A stretch of 51,995 nt of DNA, taken from Anaerolineae bacterium. GTDB taxonomy: Bacteria; Chloroflexota; Anaerolineae; Aggregatilineales; J027. Every line of letters begins with the position of its first letter. Within the stretch, counting starts at the first letter, position 1. Below are positions 34,291 to 43,967 of this stretch, in pieces. The stretch spans positions 1 to 51,995 of the forward strand of contig JBNLCD010000002.1 in assembly GCA_050303635.1 (NCBI GenBank). The letters are read 5' to 3'. A program made the position numbers and the translations under genes. The notes under the pieces were generated by a model. The model saw only the letters and a program-made list of their open reading frames with translations. It ran no database searches and was not told the origin of the DNA.

Positions 34291-37200
34291 TTGAATTCTG
34301 AATTTATTTTTGTCCTCGCGATGTTAATTGGCGCGGGGTTACTTGTTTTGGGGCTAGGGGTTGGTTATTGGCGCGGATACCGTCGTCAGAGTTTAGAATC
34401 TCATTCTTCAGACAGCCTCGATAATTTAGTAAATGTAGGGCAAGCCATTCTGAGTGCCCAGCTCAATCTGGATGCATTGTGCGAGATTGTCTATCAGCAA
34501 TCCACGCGGGTCATTGATACCCGCAACTTCCAACTGGGATTGTTTGATAGCGATGATTATGTCATTAAAGTCTGGCTTCGTGATGCCGAGCGTCGCCCTG
34601 AACATCGTTTTAAAGGCAGTGGCCGCAAAGGCATTGTCGGCTGGATTCGTGAAGAAAAACGCGGCCTCATTATCAAGGATTTTGATGTTGAGTGGGAGAA
34701 TCTCCCTGCCCAACCCTATCACTACAACCCAGATAGTTCATCAAAATCAGCGATTTTTGCGCCATTAATTGCGGGTGGTGATGTAATTGGGGTTATCGGT
34801 GCCCAAAGCCATAAAATTAATACCTTTACAGATCGTGACCTCCGTGATTTAACAGTGATGGCCAATCAAGCGGCAGGCTCTATCCACAATGCTCAACTAT
34901 ATGCCGCTGTTCATAAACGCGCCCGTCGTTTGCGACTGATTGATGATGTCACGCGCCAAATTACAGCTATCCAACCGCTTCCTAATCTATTTCATCAGAT
35001 TGTGAATTTAGTTCACGATATTTTTGACTATTATCTCGTCAATATCTATACCATTGAAGAACCCAGCGGCGATATCGTGCTGGGTGCGAGCAGTACCCAA
35101 GATTACGAATTGAGCATGAATTTAGTGCGCGTCAAACAAGGCGAAGGCATTATCGGCTGGGTCGCGGAACATGGCGAGACAGCGCTTGTGCCTGATGTCG
35201 GCGAAGATGACCGCTATCTTTTTGTGCCGGGGGTTGAGGAAACCCAGAGTGAATTGGTTGTTCCGCTGTTATTAGAAGGTGTTGTTCTTGGGGCATTAGA
35301 TGTTCAGAGCGATAAACTTGACGATTTTGATAAAGATGATGTCGCAACCCTTGAACTATTGGCCGCCCAATTGGCTTTGGCTATCCAAGAAGCCTTCACT
35401 TATGCCGCTGAACGTCGCCAATCTGATCGTCTGAATGCCTTAGTTGGTGCGGCTCGTGCCGTGGTTTCCATTCTTGATATCAATAAACTCATGGATGAAG
35501 TCGTCGATATCATCAATGATCATTTTGATTATGACCGCGTCCATTTGTTTTTACGGCATGAAGATCAATTGGTTTTGCGAAGTGGGAGCGGTGTTCATAG
35601 TGAACGTTGGCTAATGGATAACCTCTCCTATGATTTAGACTCTGAAACAGGTCTTATTCCGTGGGTGGCGCAACATGCGCAATCTGTGGTGATTCAAGAT
35701 GTTGATGAAGAAGAACGCTATGTAACGGGTCCGGGTCTTGAAGATACCAAAAGCGAGATGGTTGTTCCTATTTTGATGGGTAAGCATGTTTTTGGTGTTC
35801 TAGATATTCAAAACCCCAAAGTATCCGCGTTTCGCCGTCAGGATTTGACGCTGGTGGAAGCGCTGGCCGATACGGTCGCAATTGCGCTTCGAAATGCCGG
35901 TTTATTCGCAAACGAAAAACGCCGCCGTATTCTGGCGGAAACCTTGCGTGAAGTCAGTACTGTGCTGGGTTCAGCGTTGGACCTTGAAAGTGTACTTCAG
36001 CGTATTTTGCTGGGCATGGAACGCGTGGTGGACTATTCTGCCGCCATGATTTTGCTTGTTGGCGATGATGGCGAGCATTATCGAATCAGCGCTCTGCACG
36101 GTATTCAAGTAACTGAAGAATTTTGGAAAAAACGGATTCCACTTGATGAAGATATCTCTACTGTGGTGAATGCCTTGCTGATTAGCCCACCCAAAGATAA
36201 GGATGGGGATACAGACGAGGCTAAAGATGCAAGGGCAGATACAGATACCACGACTACCCCTCCCTTACCAACCGATACCTTATCCGTGCCACTCAGTAGT
36301 GGCGAAAAGCATATTGGCCATTTGGTGATTAAACGCATTGCCGTTCAGCTTTTTAGTCGTGAAGAAAAAGAGATCATCACTACTTTTGCGAATCAAGCGG
36401 CATTAGCCATTATGAATGCTCAGCTTTATATGGAGCGCAAAGAAGAAGCTTGGATTTCAACTGCGCTTCTGGAAGTTGCGAAAGCCACTGGCCAAGCTAC
36501 AACGCTTGAAGAAGCACTAGAAACGGTCGCGAATATTACGCTCCTTCTAGCCGGGGTTGAGTGGTGCGCTATTTTGTTGGCCGATGGGGATGTATACCGC
36601 GTATCGCAAATTGCGGGAGCAAGTCCTGAACAAGTCACCCAGGTTGGCGACTATGCAATTCGTCCCGGTGAATGGCAACCGCTTCAAGACATGATTGATA
36701 CTGGTTATCCTATCATGATGACCAATCAAGCCGAACGCCCGGTGGATTTACCGATCAAAATTGACGTCCTACAGGCGGTGCTATTACCGCTTTATACCAA
36801 GGGCGACATCTTAGGCGCAATGCTCATTGGACAGGCCATGACGAATGATCCTCTCACGGATCGTAAGGTAGACTTGCTCGCGGGGATTGCCAATCAAGCC
36901 GCCCTAGCCATTGATGGTGCTCAACTTTACACCGCTCAACAAGAAGAAGCATGGGTCACCACCGTATTGTTGCAAGTCGCTGAAGCTGTAAATATTCAAT
37001 ATGATCTCGATAGCACGCTAGAAACTATTGTGCGCTTGATGATCATGTTGGTCGGTGTGACACGGTGTGCAATTTTCCGCTATATCAGCGCCGACGAGTG
37101 TTTTAAAGGTCTGAAATCAGCGGGCCTTAAACCCGAAGCCGACAAGAAAGTCCATGAATTAGTTCTTTCGACTGAGGGTGATACCTATCTCAAAGATTTA

Positions 37201-38223
37201 ATTGAGACCAAACTTCCGCTTCCGGCAGGCGAAGGCAAAGCCTACGATATTCCGGCGCGGTTTAGTGAAATATTTGATGAAAACTCTGCAATCTTGAGTA
37301 TTCCATTGATTGCTCATAATGCGCCCGTGGCCATCATGGTGGTTGACGCCATTGATTTAGAGGGCCATAGCGGGCAACGGAAAATTGATATCCTCACAGG
37401 TGTTGCTTATCAAAGTGCGCTGGCGATTGAGACAGCCCGTCTGCAAGAGGAAGCTATTGCCGCCCAAACCTATGAGCGTGAAGTCGAATTGGCACGGGAT
37501 ATCCAGCTCAGTCTCCTGCCTGAAAAGCCACCAGAAATTCCAAGCTGGCAAATTGCGGCCTATTATCGTCCGGCCCGTATTGTGGGGGGAGACTTCTATG
37601 ATTTCATTCCGATGTCAAATGGCAATTACGCGCTCGTCATGGCGGATGTGGCCGATAAAGGGATTCCTGCCGCCATGTTTATGACCGTTTGTCGGACTCT
37701 GATTCGTGCGACAAGCTCTAGCCAACGCACTGCTCAAGAAACACTCGAACGAGTCAACCGAACGCTTGTACGCGATAGTCGGAGCGACCTGTTCTTTACT
37801 TGTTGGTTTGGCATTCTGAATCCTAAGACGGGGCATTTGATCTATAGCAATGGTGGTCACAATCCGCCACTTTTGGTCCGCGCTGATGGCCGTATTGAAG
37901 AATTAAAAGTACGGGGGATGGCCTTGGGTATTATCGAACCGTGCCCACTCAATGAGGCTGAAACCGTCTTGCATCCGGGGGATGTACTTCTGGGTTACAC
38001 CGATGGGTTAACGGAAGCGCCACGGGCTGATATGGTTGAATTTGGTGAAACCGATTTATATGTCAATACCATCAAATCACGTCATCTTACAGCCAGCAAT
38101 TTAGTTGATAAGATCATTCGTGCGGTGGATCGCTTTACGGCGGGCCAACCCTCGTTTGATGACTTAACTCTTTTTGTCATTAAACGAGATGATGATCAAA
38201 AACAAACTACCAAAAAAGATTAA
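34291..38223 (+). CDS. Membrane-anchored 6xGAF sensor fused to a PP2C-type (SpoIIE/RsbU-like) Ser/Thr phosphatase
   Basis: 1310 aa with a TTG start and an N-terminal TM helix (FIFVLAMLIGAGLLVLGLGVGYW). Six GAF-terminal helices of the form ANQAAxAIxNAQLY are present. The C-terminal PP2C motifs are GGDFYDF, ADVADKGIPAAMFM, GYTDGLTEA and DDLTLFVIK. Confidence 0.85.
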   Translation: MNSEFIFVLAMLIGAGLLVLGLGVGYWRGYRRQSLESHSSDSLDNLVNVGQAILSAQLNLDALCEIVYQQSTRVIDTRNFQLGLFDSDDYVIKVWLRDAERRPEHRFKGSGRKGIVGWIREEKRGLIIKDFDVEWENLPAQPYHYNPDSSSKSAIFAPLIAGGDVIGVIGAQSHKINTFTDRDLRDLTVMANQAAGSIHNAQLYAAVHKRARRLRLIDDVTRQITAIQPLPNLFHQIVNLVHDIFDYYLVNIYTIEEPSGDIVLGASSTQDYELSMNLVRVKQGEGIIGWVAEHGETALVPDVGEDDRYLFVPGVEETQSELVVPLLLEGVVLGALDVQSDKLDDFDKDDVATLELLAAQLALAIQEAFTYAAERRQSDRLNALVGAARAVVSILDINKLMDEVVDIINDHFDYDRVHLFLRHEDQLVLRSGSGVHSERWLMDNLSYDLDSETGLIPWVAQHAQSVVIQDVDEEERYVTGPGLEDTKSEMVVPILMGKHVFGVLDIQNPKVSAFRRQDLTLVEALADTVAIALRNAGLFANEKRRRILAETLREVSTVLGSALDLESVLQRILLGMERVVDYSAAMILLVGDDGEHYRISALHGIQVTEEFWKKRIPLDEDISTVVNALLISPPKDKDGDTDEAKDARADTDTTTTPPLPTDTLSVPLSSGEKHIGHLVIKRIAVQLFSREEKEIITTFANQAALAIMNAQLYMERKEEAWISTALLEVAKATGQATTLEEALETVANITLLLAGVEWCAILLADGDVYRVSQIAGASPEQVTQVGDYAIRPGEWQPLQDMIDTGYPIMMTNQAERPVDLPIKIDVLQAVLLPLYTKGDILGAMLIGQAMTNDPLTDRKVDLLAGIANQAALAIDGAQLYTAQQEEAWVTTVLLQVAEAVNIQYDLDSTLETIVRLMIMLVGVTRCAIFRYISADECFKGLKSAGLKPEADKKVHELVLSTEGDTYLKDLIETKLPLPAGEGKAYDIPARFSEIFDENSAILSIPLIAHNAPVAIMVVDAIDLEGHSGQRKIDILTGVAYQSALAIETARLQEEAIAAQTYEREVELARDIQLSLLPEKPPEIPSWQIAAYYRPARIVGGDFYDFIPMSNGNYALVMADVADKGIPAAMFMTVCRTLIRATSSSQRTAQETLERVNRTLVRDSRSDLFFTCWFGILNPKTGHLIYSNGGHNPPLLVRADGRIEELKVRGMALGIIEPCPLNEAETVLHPGDVLLGYTDGLTEAPRADMVEFGETDLYVNTIKSRHLTASNLVDKIIRAVDRFTAGQPSFDDLTLFVIKRDDDQKQTTKKD

Positions 38224-38247
38224 ACAATCTAGGTAAAATACCCTAAA

Positions 38248-38281
38248 ATGTCGTTCTAAAATATTAGGACGGCATTTTTTG
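38248..38281 (+). terminator. Rho-independent terminator after the GAF-PP2C gene
   Basis: ATGTCGTTC pairs with GGACGGCAT, 9 bp including 2 G-U. The loop is 10 nt and is followed by TTTTTT. Confidence 0.75.
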
Positions 38282-38384
38282 TTGAATATAAGCATCTCAT
38301 CAAAAAAACATTAAATCTCTAATAACTCAATTTAAATCCGCTAAAATAGGACTGATTATTGGAACTTAACCCAGAGGATTTTCT

Positions 38385-39488
38385 ATGCGACGTGTTGGTC
38401 TTGTTTTAGGACTAATATCCCTAGTTTCTTTGATAATGCCTGTCAGTTTTGCGCAAACACCCCACGGGGATGCTTCTGAAGTATATGATTTTCCGGCAGA
38501 TCATCGTTTTCATTCAGATGATCCCGCCATGAATGAAAATTACCTTGAATGGTTTTATTACACGGGTATTGTAGCTGATCAAAATGGCGACATTTGGGGT
38601 GTGCAATTTACCATCTTTCGTGGTCGACCACCTCATGCGTTAGGTCGGGAAGCTTATTTTTATGATGTCGCGTTGAGTGATCCCCATGAAACGCGTTATT
38701 TACATTATCGCGGATTTTGGTTTGATGCTGGCCAAACCGTTGACTATGGTGACATCTGGCAATTTGATAACGGCAAAATTGTTGTCAAACGTGTTGATGA
38801 ACGTGATCAGTGGTTTCTAGGTTTTGATGGCGAGATGGACAATGTTGCAACGGGTGAAGCCTATCCGGTAACTATTGATCTTCAACTCGATAATGACAAG
38901 TTAACCTACTACTATCACGGTGGAACGGGTCTGTATCCTATCGGTGATTGCGAACGAAATATCGATACTCTAGATGGTTATACCTATTATTACACCCATC
39001 CCGCCCTCACAACCGATGGCACCCTTGTTGTAGATAATGAGTTGTTTAGTGTTACCGGCGATACATGGTTTGACCATCAATGGGGTAATTTTGTGCACTG
39101 CCCACTTACTTGGGATTGGTTTAGTTTTCGCTTTGATGATGGTAGTTACATGATGCTTTTTGCTGAATGGGATACCGCTTATACTACGCCACATGTTCTG
39201 GGGGCAACTCATATCAAATCCGATGGTGATGCCGAATATTGGTCAGCTGAGGATTTAGAATTTAACTCTCTACGTAATTGGATACATCCCGATAGCGGGA
39301 TTGTGTTTCCCATTGAATGGGAAGTAACCACGCCTGTCGGCACCTTTGGTGTTGTTCCACTTTTCGACTATCAAGCTGGCGGTGAATTTGAAGGTATTCC
39401 GAATTATTGGGAGGGTCTCATCAGTATTCGCGAAGATGGCATCAATGGGACTGAAATCGGAATAGGTTACTTAGAAGTTGCCCGGTAA
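38385..39488 (+). CDS. Secreted AttH/CrtC-like lipocalin-fold protein (carotenoid 1,2-hydratase N-terminal-like family)
   Basis: 367 aa. The signal peptide is LVLGLISLVSLIMPVSFA. The family hallmark is HRFHSD....YLEWFYYTGIV....G.IWGVQFTIFR, and a later FDHQWGNF motif is present. Confidence 0.65.
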   Translation: MRRVGLVLGLISLVSLIMPVSFAQTPHGDASEVYDFPADHRFHSDDPAMNENYLEWFYYTGIVADQNGDIWGVQFTIFRGRPPHALGREAYFYDVALSDPHETRYLHYRGFWFDAGQTVDYGDIWQFDNGKIVVKRVDERDQWFLGFDGEMDNVATGEAYPVTIDLQLDNDKLTYYYHGGTGLYPIGDCERNIDTLDGYTYYYTHPALTTDGTLVVDNELFSVTGDTWFDHQWGNFVHCPLTWDWFSFRFDDGSYMMLFAEWDTAYTTPHVLGATHIKSDGDAEYWSAEDLEFNSLRNWIHPDSGIVFPIEWEVTTPVGTFGVVPLFDYQAGGEFEGIPNYWEGLISIREDGINGTEIGIGYLEVAR

Positions 39489-39510
39489 ATCGCTGGCAAG
39501 AGATAACAGA

Positions 39511-39551
39511 AGCCCTCTATATCCTGCTAGTCGGGTATAGAGGGCTTTTTA
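39511..39551. terminator. Bidirectional rho-independent terminator between convergent genes
   Basis: AGCCCTCTATA (39511-39521) pairs with TATAGAGGGCT (39536-39546), 11 bp perfect. TTTTT follows on the plus strand and an A-rich tract precedes it. Confidence 0.85.
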
Positions 39552-39560
39552 TTAACTCAG

Positions 39561-40790
39561 TTACTCACAGTTACCGAGAGTTTGACATAATTGAGTAATA
39601 TGTAAATGGTCATGCCGTGTCGTGAAGGCGGCCATTTCTAAAAGGGTTGTCGGGCCCAAAACGCTATGCCGGGCCGAACGTTGCCACGCAATCGGACTTA
39701 AATCACGTAGAAAATCGAGCGTTTTTTGACGTTCAGTGGCAAATTCTAAGGCGACTTCTAAACCATCCAAGCCATCTACATCCATTTCGCCGGGATTAGG
39801 TGGCGTGTTGGGTTCAGAAAGAAATGGATCATCTTCACGCAAAATACGTTCTAAGCGCGGACGTTGAACCGAGCGTTCGCTATCGCGCAAATGGACTACA
39901 ACTTCAAGCGGTGTCCATTCATTCGGGTCTGGACGTTGATTCCAAAAATGGGTCGGCACTTCCTCTGCTAACCCCATCAACCCGGCTATATTTCCTAACA
40001 TGCGGGGTTCGATTTGGGCTGTTGTTAACGGACGAACGGCCAATTGCTCCAGCCAATTGTCATCGCGAACAAGATCAAACAAATCAGCTAGACTACCCTG
40101 ACCATCGACTTGGATGGTTGGTAATTTCTCGTCAGATGGCGGAAAATCATGCTCGACGGGAATCCAATAGGCATTCATTCCCGCAAGAACTGCCGGAATC
40201 ATATCATTCCCCCAATCATCGCCCACCATCAACACTTCTTCAGGTTCTAACCCAACCCGACTTATGACTTCTTCGAAATAATGAGGATGGGGTTTGGTGA
40301 AATGCGTATTATTCAAATTAGTCACATAGGCAAAATCCCAGTCACTCGGTGCAAATCCTGCCCAGCCTAAACGCTGATCAATGGGTGATGCTTCAAATAA
40401 GGGATTCGTTGTGATCACCACCATATAACCCTTAGCTTGTAACCAGCGAATGAGGTCTTCCGCACCGGGAACAGGCCCCGTGAGTTGAGCGAGCTCGGGA
40501 TAAATCTCAGCATAAAATTCATCCAGCGGATTCCGCAAATCTTCAATGTTGAGGCCTGAATCCGCGACAAATTTCTCTGTAAACACTTGCCAATTGGTGG
40601 TTAAAGGATTTTGGTCACCAATGGTACATTGAATAGCTGAACGCAACGCCAAACTCAATGCCTCAGGGTCCATATCTGGAAAATATTGATGTAAATGTTG
40701 GGTGAGTTTTATCACATACGAACGCACAAAACGAAATGGCGGATTGATATTGAGCGTATTATCCATATCAAAAAAGACAGCTTTTATCAT
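39561..40790 (-). CDS. HAD-superfamily hydrolase fused to a C-terminal DinB_2-like four-helix-bundle domain
   Basis: 409 aa. HAD motif I is FFDMDNTL, motif II is VVITTNP, and motif IV is VGDDWGNDM. The C-terminal approximately 150 aa carry His residues in DinB-like positions (VVVHLRDSE ... TTRHDHLHITQL). Confidence 0.65.
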   Translation of the reverse strand: MIKAVFFDMDNTLNINPPFRFVRSYVIKLTQHLHQYFPDMDPEALSLALRSAIQCTIGDQNPLTTNWQVFTEKFVADSGLNIEDLRNPLDEFYAEIYPELAQLTGPVPGAEDLIRWLQAKGYMVVITTNPLFEASPIDQRLGWAGFAPSDWDFAYVTNLNNTHFTKPHPHYFEEVISRVGLEPEEVLMVGDDWGNDMIPAVLAGMNAYWIPVEHDFPPSDEKLPTIQVDGQGSLADLFDLVRDDNWLEQLAVRPLTTAQIEPRMLGNIAGLMGLAEEVPTHFWNQRPDPNEWTPLEVVVHLRDSERSVQRPRLERILREDDPFLSEPNTPPNPGEMDVDGLDGLEVALEFATERQKTLDFLRDLSPIAWQRSARHSVLGPTTLLEMAAFTTRHDHLHITQLCQTLGNCE

Positions 40791-40799
40791 CAGTTTTGC

Positions 40800-41150
40800 C
40801 TATTCGTCATCATCAAGGGCATGCGCAAATAAATCGAGACCCGGACGCTCGGCGTTACACTGAGGACAGCCAATATGGGGGTCATCTACCGGAATTTCAT
40901 GCTCCCGGCAATAAGCTTCAACTTCCATCTTGCGCCCAAATCCAAGCATGCTTGATTTGATATTGAGCTCGAGTTCCAAATTTGGACTGGCATTAGCTCG
41001 TAAAATACTAGGTACAGGGCATTTATCACAATATTTGACTTGCCACGGTTGGGAGTCAGGATGTTTGGGACAACGACATTCTTGCACGTCTCGTCCGCGA
41101 AAATAATCTTCATAATAAAATTTGCACTCAATGCCAGATGGCGTTCGCAT
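40800..41150 (-). CDS. Small Cys-rich (8 Cys) probable zinc-ribbon protein, unknown function
   Basis: About 116 aa from ATG 41150, with AAGGAAG 5 nt upstream; the ORF track starts at 41192. Cys pairs are C..(15)..CxC, CxxC, C..(14)..CxxC. The stop lies 9 nt before the HAD-DinB start, so an operon is likely. Confidence 0.5.
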   Translation of the reverse strand: MRTPSGIECKFYYEDYFRGRDVQECRCPKHPDSQPWQVKYCDKCPVPSILRANASPNLELELNIKSSMLGFGRKMEVEAYCREHEIPVDDPHIGCPQCNAERPGLDLFAHALDDDE

Positions 41151-41452
41151 AACACTTCCTTTACGTGGTTTCCATACACACAACAAACTCATTATTAGTC
41201 TAACGGGTTTGAATTAACTAGTGCAAGCTTCAGTGACTCGAAATTCCAACATACATTAATGATAAAACCAACGGTGCCTATGTTCAATCTATTCGTCAAT
41301 TGTACGGTTGCACGATTTTCGCCCATTTTGCCTTCTTGAATTGTACAATAACAGTACATGGATGGTAGATAATGCGGATAATATTTTGATTTAAGGAGAG
41401 ATCATTAAGTTAGTCTGCAAGATCTAAGTCGTGTTAAAAAGGAGCCTAATTG

Positions 41453-43792
41453 ATGCGTTTGATAAGATTAAGTCTCATTTTTGTTCTGCTAGCCAGCTTT
41501 GGATTAATAAATTTTTCGACACAGCAGGCAAGCTATGCTCAGTCGGCTGATTCTGCCCCTTATTTGTTCTATTATTCCTATTTTTATGACAGTTTTATTG
41601 TTGAACGGGCGGACGGTTCAGAATCATATCAAATTTGGGGCGATCTAATGGATCCCAGCCAGTTCCTCATTAAAGAAATCGGTTGGTCGCCTACTGGCGA
41701 ATGGTATGCTTGGCAATCGGCTGAGCGGACAGAAGAAGAAGTCAGTCTCCGTGAATACCCAACGCGTCTATGGTTGGTTAATCGGCAAGGTGAACGAATA
41801 GATGCTTGGGATGACGAAACCCAACTTTTTCAGGTGGAATGGTCACCGACTCAAGATATTTTATTGATTACAACCACTGACTGGTCCCAACACGTTCCAC
41901 CTGTCTACCAAACGTATTTATATGATGTTGCCAATCAAACCTTATTGTATGAACTAGAGACCGAAATGCCTGATAGCGTGCAATGGGCAAGCTGGGCACC
42001 TGATGGTGAACATTTCATGCTCTATCGTACGAGTTGGTCAACTGGTGATATTTGGGAAGTGCGAATAGTAAGTCTCGACGGAACAATGGATATTCGCGAT
42101 TGGTCAGACATGGATGTCGATAATATGCGCTGGTTGCCAGATGGTCGGTTGACCTGGTTGACCGATGATAGGCAGGTACTCCATATTGAGACAATTGGTG
42201 GAGATACGGAAACGATCAATTCCGATGGTCTGTATGAAACGATTTCGTTTGACACCGAACATCAACGTGTATATCTTAGAACTGCCGATGATAACGCTAT
42301 CATGCTCTATAATCTTGAAACCAATGAGATACAAAAATTTGAGCATAATTTAGGCAATATTAGATCCCTGTCTTGGTCCGCTGATGGCCAGTTGGCATTA
42401 TTTGCCGTTCATGTAGATGAAGATCAACCCAATCTTGCAATCCTTGATATAGCACAAGGAACATTTACCCAATTGAATATTCCATCGGATGAACAACCTG
42501 ATCTAAGCTACGTTAAGATTAGCTGGGTTGATAACAATAATCGTGTTATTTTCAGCACATCGGCCATGATCTATGCCTATGATTTTACAACTGAGACATT
42601 CACTGAATTGACCGAAACGACTCCGCGTTCATCTGAAGTTTCTTCCGATGGTGTGACATTGTTACATAGCGGCTGTGTTAAGCGGAATAGCTATGAAGGT
42701 GATTTTCCGCCGTGTCTGACAAATTTAGTCACGAACGAGACGATTGTATTACCTATACATAGTGGTACATCACAAAATCGGTTTAGTGAGTTGGAAACAG
42801 ATTGGTCAGTTGATAATGAATGGCTTATCTTAACTGAATTTACCAATGTTGGCGGCTCCTATTATCCTTACTATAGTGTTGTTAAACACGATGGCACCCA
42901 GCATCGTGATTTAACAGATCACACCAATATCATTTCATGGATCACATCCCCTGAACAACTCAGTTTCTTGTATGGGCAAGGCATTCCACTCGATAAGAGT
43001 TTGCCGAATTTGAGTATCAATAGCACAACACCAACTCATGCGATTGCTTGGCATCCCTTTGGTCCTATTCTAGCGGGGGGATTTACCGAACAAGAAGTTG
43101 TTTTGTTTGATACAGGTGCAGGCCAACCTTTTCTGACGGTCCATGAGCCAACAGCTTCTGAAAGTTATATACCGCCTATGCGCGGACTGACATGGCTACC
43201 TGATGACCGTTTGATCGGTGTGAGTGGTACCGATATGCACGGTTATACAGTTTATGTTTGGGATGGCTCGAATACAGTCGAACCTTTGCTTGATGAATTT
43301 CCGGTGGAAGCTGAATGGGATGAAATCGACGGTGAAGCATATCTCAGTATGTCGACTGAATGGCCAGATGAGCCTTATGCCCCAATCATCAAAGTTGATC
43401 TAACGAACCGTCGTGCCGCCGCTCAGTTTCTAGTGGACCCACCATCAGCAGTCGCTATTACCGCTGATGAAATCATCAGTTTAATCGCCATTGATGATGA
43501 ACCTGTTGTTTTGCGCGTTGAAGATTATGATCGGCAAGTTTTACGTGAAGTGACGCTGGCTGATACGAGTCGCTACTTTTATTACACTAGTCTAGCCGCT
43601 AGTTCTGATGGTAAGTTGCTAGCTGGGACTGGTACACTGGCGGGTGAATTAAGAATTTGGGATACAACCACCGGTGAAGTTGTGGGGCGATATTATGTTA
43701 GTGGGCGTAATCTTGCTTTTAGCCCGGATGATACCCAAATTGTCGTCGCCGCATCCTCTCAGATAATAATCTGGGATGTCCCATCTCGTTAA
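41453..43792 (+). CDS. Secreted WD40/PD40-like beta-propeller repeat protein (distant paralog 3)
   Basis: About 779 aa. The signal peptide is LSLIFVLLASFGLINF. Repeats include WSPTGEWYAW, WSPTQD, WAPDGEHF, WLPDGRL, WSADGQLA and a terminal ...FSPDDTQIVVAASSQIIIWD. ATG 41453 follows AAGGAG; the ORF track starts at TTG 41450. Confidence 0.65.
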   Translation: MRLIRLSLIFVLLASFGLINFSTQQASYAQSADSAPYLFYYSYFYDSFIVERADGSESYQIWGDLMDPSQFLIKEIGWSPTGEWYAWQSAERTEEEVSLREYPTRLWLVNRQGERIDAWDDETQLFQVEWSPTQDILLITTTDWSQHVPPVYQTYLYDVANQTLLYELETEMPDSVQWASWAPDGEHFMLYRTSWSTGDIWEVRIVSLDGTMDIRDWSDMDVDNMRWLPDGRLTWLTDDRQVLHIETIGGDTETINSDGLYETISFDTEHQRVYLRTADDNAIMLYNLETNEIQKFEHNLGNIRSLSWSADGQLALFAVHVDEDQPNLAILDIAQGTFTQLNIPSDEQPDLSYVKISWVDNNNRVIFSTSAMIYAYDFTTETFTELTETTPRSSEVSSDGVTLLHSGCVKRNSYEGDFPPCLTNLVTNETIVLPIHSGTSQNRFSELETDWSVDNEWLILTEFTNVGGSYYPYYSVVKHDGTQHRDLTDHTNIISWITSPEQLSFLYGQGIPLDKSLPNLSINSTTPTHAIAWHPFGPILAGGFTEQEVVLFDTGAGQPFLTVHEPTASESYIPPMRGLTWLPDDRLIGVSGTDMHGYTVYVWDGSNTVEPLLDEFPVEAEWDEIDGEAYLSMSTEWPDEPYAPIIKVDLTNRRAAAQFLVDPPSAVAITADEIISLIAIDDEPVVLRVEDYDRQVLREVTLADTSRYFYYTSLAASSDGKLLAGTGTLAGELRIWDTTTGEVVGRYYVSGRNLAFSPDDTQIVVAASSQIIIWDVPSR

Positions 43793-43812
43793 CAATTACC
43801 TGCTAATAAAAT

Positions 43813-43852
43813 ACGGGCGCATGTAAAAATGCGCCCGTAGATTTTATTTTTC
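43813..43852 (+). terminator. Rho-independent terminator after the beta-propeller gene
   Basis: TACGGGCGCAT pairs with ATGCGCCCGTA, 11 bp perfect. The loop is 6 nt and is followed by GATTTTATTTTT. Confidence 0.85.
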
Positions 43853-43967
43853 AGCCTTAAGATTACTCATGTAAGTTACCAGAAACTTTTGCAAAAAGAT
43901 TCTTCACCTCTCTAAAAGTTTTGGCCAAGCTTTTACAAAAGATTGGAAAGGCTTTCTTCCAAAAAAG

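Noticed and set aside
11066-38223. Possible CRISPR-like or tandem DNA repeats, suggested by the regularly recurring GAF motif in the two multi-GAF genes.
   Set aside because: The periodicity is at the protein-domain level (about 500-600 nt). The DNA is diverged and has no short identical direct repeats with unique spacers. No cas genes are present.
39800-40267. A 155-aa plus-strand ORF opposite the HAD-DinB gene, and the 116-aa ORF (25842-26192) opposite the CBS gene.
   Set aside because: Both are fully embedded antisense to ORFs with clear catalytic or domain motifs, and they have no features of their own.
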